A DNA stretch of 63,990 nt, filler included, from 6 parts of 6 records of this genome joined end to end with filler, not necessarily neighbours in it, one strand, 5' to 3'; shown: positions 10,015-19,890, counted from the whole stretch's first letter. The notes: a model not told the origin generated them from the letters alone. Program-made: numbers and translations.

Positions 10015-10884
10015 ATGACTCTTTTCAATTCCTATGACCGCGCCGGGCTTGATCGTGAATACGACAATCGGGCGAAAGTCGCCAATAGCGCGGAGATTTC
10101 AGCGCGCTGGGAGGCGGCGAGCGCCGATGTGCGCAAACAGTTTTCCGCCGATCTTGACCAGCCTTACGGCGACCATCCGCGCCAGTGCGTTGATGTTTTT
10201 CCCGCCGGAAAACGGGACGGGCCGGTGCTGATTTTCATCCACGGCGGCTATTGGCACATGCGGGACAAGTCGATCGCGCATTTTCTGGCGCCGACTTTCA
10301 TTGCGGCGGATATCAATTTCGTCTCTGTCGGCTACCGTCTGTGCCCGGAGGTTACGGTGGCGGATATCGCCGATGACATTCGTGCGGCCATTGTCTGGGT
10401 AAAGGATAATATCGGCCGCTTTGGCGGTAACCCGGGGCGTCTGTATCTGGCGGGTCATTCGGCTGGCGGCCACCTCAGCGCGCTGATGGGCGGGCCGGCG
10501 GGGCTTCAGGCGGGAACCCTCAAGGGTATTTGTTCTGTAAGCGGTCTGCATGACCTGGAGCCAATCCGGCTCTGCTATCTGAACGATGTACTCTCTCTGT
10601 CGGAAAAGGATGCCGCCGCCCTCTCGCCGATCCGGCTTGTGCGCGAGACGGCGGATGCCGGAATGCGCCTGCCGCCGCATCTGCTCACGGTCGGCAGCCT
10701 CGAAGGGCCGGAATATCTGCGCCAGCGGGACGAGCTTGCGGGGGCCTTGAGAGAGAAACGGCAGCCGGTTGAGTGCATCGATTTGCCTGATCGCGATCAT
10801 TTTACCGCACTTGAAGCCTTCGGCGATCCGCATCATCCGCTGTGTCTGGCGATGCTCCGGCTCATTCTGGCGCCATCTTTTTGA
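10015..10884 (+). CDS. Alpha/beta hydrolase, arylformamidase-like
   Basis: IFIHGGYW oxyanion motif, GHSAGG nucleophile elbow, C-terminal DHF. Confidence 0.85.
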   Translation: MTLFNSYDRAGLDREYDNRAKVANSAEISARWEAASADVRKQFSADLDQPYGDHPRQCVDVFPAGKRDGPVLIFIHGGYWHMRDKSIAHFLAPTFIAADINFVSVGYRLCPEVTVADIADDIRAAIVWVKDNIGRFGGNPGRLYLAGHSAGGHLSALMGGPAGLQAGTLKGICSVSGLHDLEPIRLCYLNDVLSLSEKDAAALSPIRLVRETADAGMRLPPHLLTVGSLEGPEYLRQRDELAGALREKRQPVECIDLPDRDHFTALEAFGDPHHPLCLAMLRLILAPSF

Positions 10885-10897
10885 AGGATCGCGAGGG

Positions 10898-11203
10898 ATG
10901 TTTGATCAGGTTCTGGTGGCGCGTTTTGGCGAGACGGAGATTGCCCGGGCGGCCGAGCGGGACACCGTGACGGTTGAGGGAAGTGTGTATTTCCCCCCGG
11001 ATTCCGTACGTTTCGAGCTGCTGCGGAAGACCGCTACCCGGACGCGCTGCCCATGGCGCGGCGAAGCGGTCTACTATGATGTCGTCGATGAAATGCGGGT
11101 TTCCCCGGACGCGGCCTGGTCCTATCCGCAGCCTGGCCGGAAGGCAAAGCGCATCGCCGGGTTCATCAGTTTCTGGAAAGAGGTCGAAATCGGGCCAGTT
11201 TAA
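10898..11203 (+). CDS. DUF427-family protein
   Basis: VEGSVYFPP, TRCPWRGEAVYY, AAWSYPQP, IAGFISFW motifs; ATG 10898 after GAGGG. Confidence 0.85.
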   Translation: MFDQVLVARFGETEIARAAERDTVTVEGSVYFPPDSVRFELLRKTATRTRCPWRGEAVYYDVVDEMRVSPDAAWSYPQPGRKAKRIAGFISFWKEVEIGPV

Positions 11204-11268
11204 GCCTCTGGTATTCGGTCCTCTTTCTCCTTAAGTGTGGATCGGTACATAGCAACGGGTCGTGGTCG

Positions 11269-11961
11269 ATGATGGTGAACGGTAAGAAAGTCCTGTTGGT
11301 CGAGGATGACGAAGCACTTCGGGTGACGCTCAGCGAACAGCTGGAGCTGCACGAGGAATTCGTGGTCAGCGCGGTTGAAAACGGGGCTGCGGCACTGGAG
11401 ACGGTCAAGTCGGCGCATTTCGACCTGATATTGCTCGATGTTGGTCTTCCGGACATGGACGGACGCGATGTCTGCCGGCTGATCCGGCGCAACGGCGTGA
11501 AATCGCCTGTTGTCATGCTGACGGCCCAGGATGGCGACGCGGACACCATTCTCGGTCTCGATGCCGGGGCCAACGATTATGTCACCAAGCCCTTCAAGAT
11601 CGCCGTCCTGCTGGCCCGTATGCGGGCGCATCTCCGGCAGCATGAGCAGAGCGACGACGCGCTTTTCACGATCGGCCCGTACAGTTTTCGGCCCAGTGCC
11701 AAGCTGCTGATCGACGAGGCGCGGAACAAGAAGGTCCGGCTGACGGAGAAGGAAACCGCGATCCTGAAATATCTCTACCGGACCGGCGGACGCATGGTGA
11801 AGCGCGAGACCCTGCTGAACGAGGTTTGGGGATATAATGCGGGCGTCACCACGCATACGCTTGAAACGCATGTCTACCGGCTTCGGCAAAAGGTGGAGAT
11901 CGATCCGTCCAACGCACAGATTCTTGTGACCGATCCCGGCGGGTACAGACTGGTCCCCTGA
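11269..11961 (+). CDS. cenR: OmpR-family response regulator, CenR-like
   Basis: Receiver (LLVEDD, LLDVGLPD, KPF) plus winged helix LTEKE...WGYNAGVTTHTLETHVYRLRQK; near ribA/yggS as I recall for alphaproteobacterial cenR. Confidence 0.8.
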   Translation: MMVNGKKVLLVEDDEALRVTLSEQLELHEEFVVSAVENGAAALETVKSAHFDLILLDVGLPDMDGRDVCRLIRRNGVKSPVVMLTAQDGDADTILGLDAGANDYVTKPFKIAVLLARMRAHLRQHEQSDDALFTIGPYSFRPSAKLLIDEARNKKVRLTEKETAILKYLYRTGGRMVKRETLLNEVWGYNAGVTTHTLETHVYRLRQKVEIDPSNAQILVTDPGGYRLVP

Positions 11962-12051
11962 TCCTGGCCGGAGCCAAATAGAGGCTTGTACTGATTTAAC
12001 CTTTTCACGCTGCTCCCGCTCATGCAGACTTGGCGCTCTTAATATCCGGCT

Positions 12052-12909
12052 GTGGATTATGGGTTGGGGATTGCCGTGTCGCCGGGAGAAGAGTTTTTTG
12101 TCCGGATCTGGGGCGCCCGCGGAAGCATTGCCTGCCCGGGGCCTGAATTTGTGCGCTATGGCGGGAACACCGCGTGTCTTGAAATCCGCTGCGGCGGACG
12201 GGTTTTTATCCTCGATGCCGGTACTGGTTTGCGTAATCTCGGCATGATGCTGGACAAGTCCGGCCCGGTGGATGCGGACATCCTGTTTACCCACTCCCAT
12301 CTCGATCATATCGGCGGCCTGCCTTTCTTCACGTCGGCCTTCAAGAAGGGCAATGTCTTTCGTATCTGGTCCGGACATCTGGGTGGCAGGGCGAGCATGC
12401 GCGAGGTGATTGCGCGGCTGATGTCCTCTCCGCTTTTTCCGGTGCCGCTGGAGATCTTTCAGTCGGAGCTCGAATTCAAGGATTTTGCCGCTGGTGACAC
12501 GCTGAGTTTAGCACCGGACATTTCCGTGCGGACGGCGCCGCTCAATCATCCGCAGGGCGCTGTCGGGTATCGCTTCGATTATGGCGGCAAGTCGATCTGC
12601 TATATCACCGACACGGAGCATCGCCCTGGTGAGCCTGACCAGAATATCCTCGCGCTGGTGCAAGATGCGGATGTGATGATTTATGATGCCTGCTACACGG
12701 ATGAAGAATTTCCAAAATTCGTCGGCTGGGGACATTCGACCTGGCAGGAGGGGGTCCGCCTTGCCGATGCGGCCGGGGTCAGGAAGCTGGTTCTTTTCCA
12801 CCATGACCCAAGCCACACGGACGATAAAATGGACGAGATCCTTCGCCAGGCCGATGAGCGCCGCCCCGGCACCGTAGCGGCCTCCGAAGGCCTGACGATT
12901 ACCCCCTGA
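12052..12909 (+). CDS. MBL-fold metallo-hydrolase
   Basis: GARGSI, YGGNTAC, DAGTG, THSHLDHIGG (HxHxDH), WGHS, FHHDP. Confidence 0.9.
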   Translation: MDYGLGIAVSPGEEFFVRIWGARGSIACPGPEFVRYGGNTACLEIRCGGRVFILDAGTGLRNLGMMLDKSGPVDADILFTHSHLDHIGGLPFFTSAFKKGNVFRIWSGHLGGRASMREVIARLMSSPLFPVPLEIFQSELEFKDFAAGDTLSLAPDISVRTAPLNHPQGAVGYRFDYGGKSICYITDTEHRPGEPDQNILALVQDADVMIYDACYTDEEFPKFVGWGHSTWQEGVRLADAAGVRKLVLFHHDPSHTDDKMDEILRQADERRPGTVAASEGLTITP

Positions 12910-12910
12910 T

Positions 12911-13774
12911 ATGACCAGACAAAACCCGACCAATAGAAGCCACGCATGGCGCCGGCTTCGCCTCGGCCTGAGCACGATTCTTGGCATAAAACCAATGGGT
13001 TACTTTGTGCCCTACCGGTATGCCGCAAATGTCCCCACACACGGTAGTCGGTACGATTGGATCGAGGAGCGCTTCAGTGGCGATGCGCTACCGGCATTTG
13101 CCGGGACGCTTTCCGATATTGACCGCTACCGGGATGCGCTACAGGCGATAGGCAACGAGCAGCCGCCGGAACCACGCTGGCAACAGGACTGGTTTCCGGG
13201 CCTCGACGGGGCTGCCGCTTACACGCTTGTGCGGGAACGCCGTCCGGCGCGCATTCTGGAGATAGGTTCGGGCCACAGCACCCGCTTTCTCGCACGCGCC
13301 GTTCGCGATGCCAGCCTTGAAACCGAGATCACCTGTGTCGATCCCGCACCGCGTGCCTCTCTTGCCGGTACAGGCGTGCGCTTCCTTGAGCACACGATCC
13401 AGGATGTTCCGCGTGAAAGTCTGCCGGAGCTTGGTGCGGGTGATGTCTTGTTTCTGGATTCAAGCCATCTGGCCCTGCCGGGCTCCGACGTCGATCTGGT
13501 GCTGAACCACCTGTTGCCGACCCTGCCAGCGGGTTTGCTGGTTCACATCCATGACATTGTGCTGCCTGACCCCTATCCGGAAGTCTGGGCATGGCGAACC
13601 TATAACGAGCAATTGCTGGTGGCGGCTTTGCTGAGTGGCGGCGGGTTCCGGCCGGTTTTCTCAAGTCACTATGCCCGCACACGCATGCTCGGCCGGGATG
13701 GTGTGCCGGCGCTTGACTGGTTGCCGCTGCAACAGGGCGCGCTGGAGACCAGCCTCTGGCTTGAGAAGCTATAG
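12911..13774 (+). CDS. Class I SAM-dependent methyltransferase (Methyltransf_24-like)
   Basis: ILEIGSGHST, VLFLDSSH, VHIHDI, YNEQ motifs. Confidence 0.82.
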   Translation: MTRQNPTNRSHAWRRLRLGLSTILGIKPMGYFVPYRYAANVPTHGSRYDWIEERFSGDALPAFAGTLSDIDRYRDALQAIGNEQPPEPRWQQDWFPGLDGAAAYTLVRERRPARILEIGSGHSTRFLARAVRDASLETEITCVDPAPRASLAGTGVRFLEHTIQDVPRESLPELGAGDVLFLDSSHLALPGSDVDLVLNHLLPTLPAGLLVHIHDIVLPDPYPEVWAWRTYNEQLLVAALLSGGGFRPVFSSHYARTRMLGRDGVPALDWLPLQQGALETSLWLEKL

Positions 13775-13803
13775 CTGCGTTCAGTTTTGGATGATCTTTG
13801 GGA

Positions 13804-13863
13804 TGGCTGGGGCGGCAGGATTCGAACCTGCGCATGGCGATACCAAAAACCGCTGCCTTACCG
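13804..13863 (-). tRNA. tRNA-Gln(TTG), 5' end truncated by the contig end
   Basis: Reverse strand ...GGTAAGGCA GCGGT-TTTTGGT-ATCGC ... GCAGGTTCGAATCCTGC CGCCCCAGCCA: anticodon TTG, T-loop and CCA end. Confidence 0.93.
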
Positions 13864-13963
13864 NNNNNNNNNNNNNNNNNNNNNNNNNNNNNNNNNNNNN
13901 NNNNNNNTTAATTAATTAANNNNNNNNNNNNNNNNNNNNNNNNNNNNNNNNNNNNNNNNNNNN
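13864..13963. other. Artificial contig linker
   Basis: N44-TTAATTAATTAA-N44 (stops in all six frames); sequence style changes across it. Confidence 0.98.
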
Positions 13964-13965
13964 CA

Positions 13966-15507
13966 CGGGTGCTCGGAGGCCAGTCCGAAAGAGCGATGCC
14001 CGCGCTGCAGGAGATCGCCGCCGAAGCGCCCGACCAGCCCTTCGCCCACTACTGGCTGGGGCAGGCCTACCTCCGCAACTACCAGGGCGCCGACGCCGTC
14101 CGCTGCTTCGAACGCGTCAGAGAGATCTCGCCGGAGGACCGCAACGTGCTGCAGCCGCTCGCCGCGGCCAATCTCGCCGTCGGCCGCGCCGCCCAGGCCG
14201 AAGAGATCCTCCGCGACCTGCTCACGACCAACCCCAAGCACGTCGAGGGGCTCAACTCCCTCGCCGCGGCACTCGAGCACCAGAACCGGCTCTCCGAGTC
14301 CGGCGAGTACTACCGGCGCGTGCTCGAGGTCGCGCCGGACAACGGCCGGGCGATCTCCGGCCTCGCCCGCGTGCTGCAGACCGAGGGCAAACGCGACGAG
14401 GCCCGCGAGATGCTCCGAGAGCGCTTCAGTACCGGGGAGCCCCACCCGGTGGTGATCTCGACCTTCGCCGGCCTCTGCGAGACCAGCGACGACCGGCAGA
14501 CCTGCCTGCGCGCGGCCCACGCCGCGCTCGAGCACCCGCAGCTGACCGCCCAGGACCGGGCCGCGCTGTACTTCGCCGCGGCCCGGCTGCTCGACGCCGA
14601 GGGCGACCACGACCGGGCCTTCGAGTTCTACGCCAAGGGCAACAGCGCCTCGCCGATGCTCTACATCCCGATGGAGAAAGAGAACTTCACCGACGATGTC
14701 ATCGCGACCCTGACCGCCGAGAAGATCCGGTCGCTCCCCCGGGCCATGGAGTCGTCCTCCAGACCGATCTTCATCGTGGGCATGCCCCGCTCGGGGACGA
14801 CGCTCATCGAGCAGATCCTCGCGGCCCACCCGCAGGTGCACGCCGCGGGCGAGCTGCAGGAACTCCGCCGCATCTGGCGCGAACTCGTGATCGACGTCGG
14901 GCAGGGCTCGATCGTGAGGTTCCCGCAGATCACGCAGTCCCACGTGGACCACGCCGCCCGTCGCTACCTCGCGCACCTCGAGTCGATCGACGCCGATGCG
15001 CCCCGCGTCACCGACAAGATGCCGCACAACTACGAGCAGCTCGGTCTGATCAATCTGCTCTTCCCCGACGCCCACATCATCCACTGCCGGCGGAGCCCAC
15101 TGGACACGTGCGTCTCGTGCTTCACGATCCAGCTCGGCCCGGCGCACTCGTTCAGCAACGACCTGACGACGCTCGGGCACGCCTACGGCCAGTACGAACG
15201 GCTCATGGCGCACTGGCGCACCGCCCTCGACATGCCGATGCTCGAGGTCGTGTACGAGAACGTCGTCGAGGACATGGAGGCGATGGCCCGCAAGGTCGTC
15301 GAGTTTGTCGGCCTCCCCTGGGACGACGCCTGCCTGCGCTTCTACGAGGCCGAGCGCGCCGTGACCACCGCCAGCGTTGATCAGGTCCGCAAGCCGATCT
15401 ACAACTCGTCGGTCGGGCGCTGGAAGCGGTACGCGAGCCACCTCGGGCCGTTGCGCGAGGCACTCAACAACGCGGGGGTCGAGCTCCCCGAGTCCGACCG
15501 ATCCTGA
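13966..15507 (+). CDS. TPR-repeat sulfotransferase (5'-truncated)
   Basis: TPR helices; FIVGMPRSGTTLIEQIL, TDKMPHN, RSPLDTCVS, TTASVDQVRKPIY. Confidence 0.9.
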   Translation, partial: RVLGGQSERAMPALQEIAAEAPDQPFAHYWLGQAYLRNYQGADAVRCFERVREISPEDRNVLQPLAAANLAVGRAAQAEEILRDLLTTNPKHVEGLNSLAAALEHQNRLSESGEYYRRVLEVAPDNGRAISGLARVLQTEGKRDEAREMLRERFSTGEPHPVVISTFAGLCETSDDRQTCLRAAHAALEHPQLTAQDRAALYFAAARLLDAEGDHDRAFEFYAKGNSASPMLYIPMEKENFTDDVIATLTAEKIRSLPRAMESSSRPIFIVGMPRSGTTLIEQILAAHPQVHAAGELQELRRIWRELVIDVGQGSIVRFPQITQSHVDHAARRYLAHLESIDADAPRVTDKMPHNYEQLGLINLLFPDAHIIHCRRSPLDTCVSCFTIQLGPAHSFSNDLTTLGHAYGQYERLMAHWRTALDMPMLEVVYENVVEDMEAMARKVVEFVGLPWDDACLRFYEAERAVTTASVDQVRKPIYNSSVGRWKRYASHLGPLREALNNAGVELPESDRS

Positions 15508-15564
15508 CGAGGCACGCCGGCGAGGTGCACCACGCACCCGCCGCGGCAACCTGAGAGACCCACC

Positions 15565-17361
15565 ATGGCAGAACAGCAGACGCTCATTCAACAGGCCTTC
15601 GAGCTGCACAAGGCCGGCGACCGCGAGGCGGCCGAGGCCGCCTGCGTCGAGTTCCTCGAGTCGGACCCCAACAACATCCCCGCGATGCGGCTGCTGGGCA
15701 CGATCGCCCGCGAGACCGATCGCCCGGAGAAGGCAATCGAGGCGCTCGGCTATGCGCTGCAGCTCGACCCGAACAACCCGTACATCGCCGGCGAGCTTGC
15801 CGCGAGCCTCGTCCTCGCCGGACGCTACTCCGAGTCCACCCCGCTGCTCGAGGCCCTGGTCACGCAACTGCCCGACCACGCCATCTCACACTTCTGGCTG
15901 GGCCGCTCCTACCTCGGGCAGCTGCTCGGTCCCAAGGCGGCCAAGTGCTTCCGGCGGTCCTACGAGCTTGCGCCCAACAACGACGCGATCCTGCACATGA
16001 TCGGCGTGGCGCTGCTGGCCGGCGGGCGCGGGCGCGAGGCCGAGCCCTGGCTCCGCGAGTTTGCCAAGAAGTTCCCCAACTCGGCCCGCGCGCTCCACGA
16101 CCTGTCGGTCAGTCTGCAGCAGCAGCTCCGGTCCGACGAGGCCGCCGGGCTCTGCAAGCGGGCGATCGAGCTCGAGCCCGACTTCGCCCCGGCGATCGCG
16201 TCGCTGGCGCGCTACTACCGCAGCTACAACCGCTACGACGAGGCGCTCGAGCTGGTGACCGAGGCGATGGAACGGCTCGGGCCGCAGCCGGCGCTCGCCG
16301 AGATCTACTCCCGGCTCTGCGACCGTGAGGGCAAGGCCGAAGAAGGCGCGCGAGTCATCCGCGAGCTGCTCGCCGCGGACGAGGGCAAGGCGGGCAACGC
16401 CGCGATCGGGCTCAAGTTCGGTCTCGGCCGGCTCGAGGAGCGGGCCGGCCGGTACGACGAGGCGTGGGAGGCGTTCCATTCGGCCAACCTCACGATCCCG
16501 TCCGTCTACGGCTTCCAGCAGCAGGAGCTGCTCTTCAACGAGATCAAGAACACCTTCAACGCCTGGTCGCTCGCCTCGCTGCCCAAGGCCACGATCCCGA
16601 CCGACAAGCCCGTGTTCGTCGTCGGCATGCCGCGTTCGGGCACGTCGCTGGTCGAGCAGGTGCTCAGCTCCCACCCCGACTGCTACGGGGCGGGCGAGCT
16701 GCTGACGCTCTCGCAGATCGCCATGGAGATGGGCCACCGTCTCGGCGGGCGCTGGCCGACGGCGTTGGCCAACCTCACGCCCGAGGTCGCCAACGAATTC
16801 TCCGGGCGGTACCTCGATCACATCAACACGCTCGCGCCCGACGCCAAGCGCGTCGTGGACAAGCTGCCGCACAACTTCAAGTACATCGGGCTGATGAGCG
16901 TGCTCTTCCCCGGCGCGCGCGTCATCCACTGCATCCGCAACCCGCTGGACGTGTGCGTGTCCAACTACGGCACGCAGCTCTCGCCCATCCACACCTGGCG
17001 CCCCCGCCTCGAGACACTCGCCCACGCCTACAACCAGTACCGCTCGATCATGGACCACTGGCGGAGCGAGGCGACCATCCCGATCCTCGACGTGGTCTAC
17101 GAGGACACCATTGCCGACGTCGAGAAGCAGGCGCGGCGGATCGTGGACTTTGTCGGGCTGCCGTGGGACGAGCAGTGCCTCAAGTTCTACGAGCACTCGC
17201 GCGCCGTCAGGACCGCCAGCACCGACCAGGTGCGCCAACCGATCTACCAGAGCTCCAAGGAGCGGTGGCGCAGGTACGAGAAGCACCTCGGCCCGCTCAT
17301 CGAAGGTCTCAAGAAGGGCGGCACCAACATCGAGAGGCCGTTCGCTGTCGAGCGGATCTAG
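15565..17361 (+). CDS. TPR-repeat sulfotransferase (tandem paralog)
   Basis: TPR helices; FVVGMPRSGTSLVEQVL, VDKLPHN, RNPLDVCVS, RTASTDQVRQPIY. Confidence 0.92.
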   Translation: MAEQQTLIQQAFELHKAGDREAAEAACVEFLESDPNNIPAMRLLGTIARETDRPEKAIEALGYALQLDPNNPYIAGELAASLVLAGRYSESTPLLEALVTQLPDHAISHFWLGRSYLGQLLGPKAAKCFRRSYELAPNNDAILHMIGVALLAGGRGREAEPWLREFAKKFPNSARALHDLSVSLQQQLRSDEAAGLCKRAIELEPDFAPAIASLARYYRSYNRYDEALELVTEAMERLGPQPALAEIYSRLCDREGKAEEGARVIRELLAADEGKAGNAAIGLKFGLGRLEERAGRYDEAWEAFHSANLTIPSVYGFQQQELLFNEIKNTFNAWSLASLPKATIPTDKPVFVVGMPRSGTSLVEQVLSSHPDCYGAGELLTLSQIAMEMGHRLGGRWPTALANLTPEVANEFSGRYLDHINTLAPDAKRVVDKLPHNFKYIGLMSVLFPGARVIHCIRNPLDVCVSNYGTQLSPIHTWRPRLETLAHAYNQYRSIMDHWRSEATIPILDVVYEDTIADVEKQARRIVDFVGLPWDEQCLKFYEHSRAVRTASTDQVRQPIYQSSKERWRRYEKHLGPLIEGLKKGGTNIERPFAVERI

Positions 17362-17369
17362 CCGCGGCG

Positions 17370-17735
17370 TCAGTCCGGCCGGCGCACGACCTTGACAGTG
17401 ATCTTGTTGATGGTGCCCGGCGAACACCCCGCCAGCATCCGCTGCCCGCCGCTGCGCAGCCAGCGCTGCACCAGATAGCGGCTCGACGCGTCGGGCGTCT
17501 CGACGAGCAGCACCCCGCGCTGGAAGCTGCGCACGACCGTCCGGGCGCGCAGGTCGTCGGGAACGACGGTGCGCCACGCCTCGACGATGCCGCCGACCGC
17601 CCGCACGCGACGCTGCAGATCAGTCCGAAGTGTCTCGATCGTGCCCGAGGCGTGGCGGTCGGGCGCCGGCCTCACCCGCAACTCCCGCAGGCGGTTGATC
17701 GACGCGGCGGCATGTTGCAGGTCGCGGTCGGGCAT
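17370..17735 (-). CDS. dciA: DUF721/DciA-family protein
   Basis: AWRTVVPDDLRARTVVRSFQRGVLLVETPDASSRY pattern typical of DUF721. Confidence 0.7.
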   Translation of the reverse strand: MPDRDLQHAAASINRLRELRVRPAPDRHASGTIETLRTDLQRRVRAVGGIVEAWRTVVPDDLRARTVVRSFQRGVLLVETPDASSRYLVQRWLRSGGQRMLAGCSPGTINKITVKVVRRPD

Positions 17736-17835
17736 GGGTGCATCCTACCGCGACCAGCCGCGACAGCGGCTGCGGCTCCGGGCGATCGGCCGGGAGCCGC
17801 CATCACGCCCGACTCCCCCACCGCTCTCCTCACGA

Positions 17836-17877
17836 CTGGCCCCATCGCTGGCCCCATCGCTGGCCCCACCACTGGCC
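17836..17877 (+). repeat. Intergenic 12-bp tandem repeat (about 3.5 copies)
   Basis: ctggccccatcg ctggccccatcg ctggccccacca ctggcc. Confidence 0.85.
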
Positions 17878-17910
17878 AACCCCCGCTACCCTTGCCGCGT
17901 GTCTACCGCG

Positions 17911-19011
17911 ATGAAAATCCAGTCGATCGTCAAGGAGTACCCCGCCATCGGCCGCGCGGGGGTCACACGGGCGGTTGACGGCCCCTCGCTCGACATCGAG
18001 CCGGGCGAGCTGTTCTTCCTGCTCGGACCCTCCGGCTGCGGCAAGACGACGCTGCTCCGCATGATCGCCGGGTTCATCGACCCGACCGCAGGCTCGATCT
18101 CCTTCAATGGCCGCGACGTCACCCACACCCCGCCCAACAAGCGCAACACCGGGATGGTCTTCCAGAGCTACGCCCTCTGGCCCCACATGACCGTCGCCCA
18201 GAACGTCGGCTTCGGCCTCGACGTGCGGAAGGTCTCGGGCCAGGAGAAGGCCCGGAGGATCGCCGAAGCCCTCGAGCAGGTCCAGATGACCGGGTACGAG
18301 GGCCGCAAGCCCACCCAGCTCTCCGGCGGGCAGCAGCAGCGGGTGGCTCTGGCCCGGGCGCTGGTGGTCCGCCCGGACGTGCTGCTGCTGGATGAACCCC
18401 TCTCAAACCTCGACGCGAAGCTGCGGCTGGAGCTGCGGTCGCAGATCCGCCAGGTATGCAAAGACTCGGGGCTCACCACGGTCTACGTCACGCACGATCA
18501 AAAAGAAGCCCTGAGCATGGCCGACCGGGTCGCGATCATGCGCGAGGGCCGCGTCTGCCAGATCGGGACCCCCCGGGAGCTGTACCGTCGACCCAATTCG
18601 CGGTTTGTCGCGGCCTTTCTGGGTGAGGCGGACTTCCTGCAGGCGACGGTGGCTGAGGACGGCGGCGGGGTGCTCCGGCTGCAGACGCCCGGGGGACCGC
18701 TCGTTGCCGACACCGGAGCCGCGACCGGCGGCACCCCCCCCACCACCGGCCAGTCCGTCACGGTCTGCGTGCGTCCGGAGTGCTGGCGGGTGGTCGGCGC
18801 GGACGCGCCGGGATCGCTCCGGGCCAAGCTGCTCTCCACGACCTATCTCGGCGAGATCGCGCAGTACGTCCTCGAACTCGATTCGGGCCAGCGCGTCCAC
18901 GCAGCCGTCCTTAACCCAGCACTAACACCAGCCCACAATCCGGGAGATTCGGTGGGGATGGCGGTTGAGCCGCGGGATGTCATCGTGCTGGATGGGCACG
19001 AGACAGCCTAA
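17911..19011 (+). CDS. ABC transporter ATP-binding protein (PotA/FbpC-like, TOBE C-terminus)
   Basis: [45 protein letters not shown]; no permease adjacent. Confidence 0.9.
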   Translation: MKIQSIVKEYPAIGRAGVTRAVDGPSLDIEPGELFFLLGPSGCGKTTLLRMIAGFIDPTAGSISFNGRDVTHTPPNKRNTGMVFQSYALWPHMTVAQNVGFGLDVRKVSGQEKARRIAEALEQVQMTGYEGRKPTQLSGGQQQRVALARALVVRPDVLLLDEPLSNLDAKLRLELRSQIRQVCKDSGLTTVYVTHDQKEALSMADRVAIMREGRVCQIGTPRELYRRPNSRFVAAFLGEADFLQATVAEDGGGVLRLQTPGGPLVADTGAATGGTPPTTGQSVTVCVRPECWRVVGADAPGSLRAKLLSTTYLGEIAQYVLELDSGQRVHAAVLNPALTPAHNPGDSVGMAVEPRDVIVLDGHETA

Positions 19012-19038
19012 GCATACCTATCAGAATACAAACAGTGA

Positions 19039-19890
19039 TTATGCCGCGTTCGACGCGTCCGTTGCCGCACGAGGCACGTTGATGACGAACGCGGCACCCC
19101 GGGCGGTGCCGGGCTCGATGGTGATCGTCCCGCCCGCAGCCTCGATCAGCCGGCGGCAGATCGCCAGGCCGAGGCCGTGGCCCTGCTGATCCGAAAAGCC
19201 CGACCTCTGGAACGGCTGAAAGAGCCCGGCCCGTGTCAGGTCATCGATCCCGGGCCCGTCGTCGCGGATGGTCAGGCCGACCATCGGCTGCGGCGGGCCG
19301 GGTGTGTTCCACGTGGAACACGCGCTGGGCTCGGAGTCGGCGGCTGTGACCTCGATGACCCCCCCACCCTTGCCGATCGCGCGGCAGGAGTTCAGCAGGA
19401 GGTTCAGCAGCACGTGCTCGAGGTCGGTCTGCGGGATCGACAGACTGACCGTGTCGGGGATGCCGACCCGGAGTTCGATGCCCGCGGCATCCAGCGGCTG
19501 GGGCAGGCAGGCCAGTGCACCCTGCAGGGCCGCAGCGGGGGAGCAAGTCTCGGTCGAACCCGCATCGCGGTCCCGACCGGCGAGCCTGAGCACGGAGGAA
19601 GCGATGCGGGAGGCCCGCTCCACCCCGATCGCGGCCCTCTCCAGCGCCCGCTGGCACAGGTCGCGGTCCTCAGGAGACTCCAGCGCGACCCGGGCGTAGC
19701 TCAGGACAGGGGTCAGGATGTTGTTGAACTCGTGCGCGATCGCGCCGGTGAGCAGGCCGAGGGTCTCAAGTTGAGAGATGGACTCGAGCTCGTCGCGGGT
19801 CCGTTTGACCTGGTCCTCGAGCGAATCGATGCTGGCGAGCATCTGGTCGGCCTGCGGATTGACAGGTTTGGTGTGTGGGCCCTTGGACAT
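19039..19890 (-). CDS. Soluble histidine kinase (HisKA + HATPase, no sensor domain)
   Basis: AIAHEFNNILT H-box, NLLLNS N-box, DDGPG, FQPF, GHGLGL; no transmembrane segment. Confidence 0.9.
   Translation of the reverse strand: MSKGPHTKPVNPQADQMLASIDSLEDQVKRTRDELESISQLETLGLLTGAIAHEFNNILTPVLSYARVALESPEDRDLCQRALERAAIGVERASRIASSVLRLAGRDRDAGSTETCSPAAALQGALACLPQPLDAAGIELRVGIPDTVSLSIPQTDLEHVLLNLLLNSCRAIGKGGGVIEVTAADSEPSACSTWNTPGPPQPMVGLTIRDDGPGIDDLTRAGLFQPFQRSGFSDQQGHGLGLAICRRLIEAAGGTITIEPGTARGAAFVINVPRAATDASNAA
19305..19320. promoter_or_regulatory. parS site (perfect palindrome) inside the histidine kinase gene
   Basis: TGTTCCACGTGGAACA, matches canonical parS TGTTNCACGTGNAACA; 1.2 kb from parB. 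Confidence 0.88.

Noticed and set aside
13864-13963. TTAATTAATTAA motif repeated five times in the window, and ORFs running into the N stretches
   Set aside because: Identical N44-12-N44 linkers are concatenation artefacts; ORFs containing X are not real across them
4536-17361. Three TPR-sulfotransferases as one cluster (and dciA appearing twice in the window)
   Set aside because: They are on different contigs from apparently different organisms, so no physical linkage can be claimed
13912-17577. Long antisense ORFs (655 aa, 563 aa), plus similar ones at 1167-2219, 25055-26614 and 46578-47942
   Set aside because: Shadow ORFs opposite well-supported genes, expected from high-GC codon bias; no recognisable motifs
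17836-17877. Short repeats as a CRISPR array
   Set aside because: Tandem 12-mers with no spacers and no cas genes
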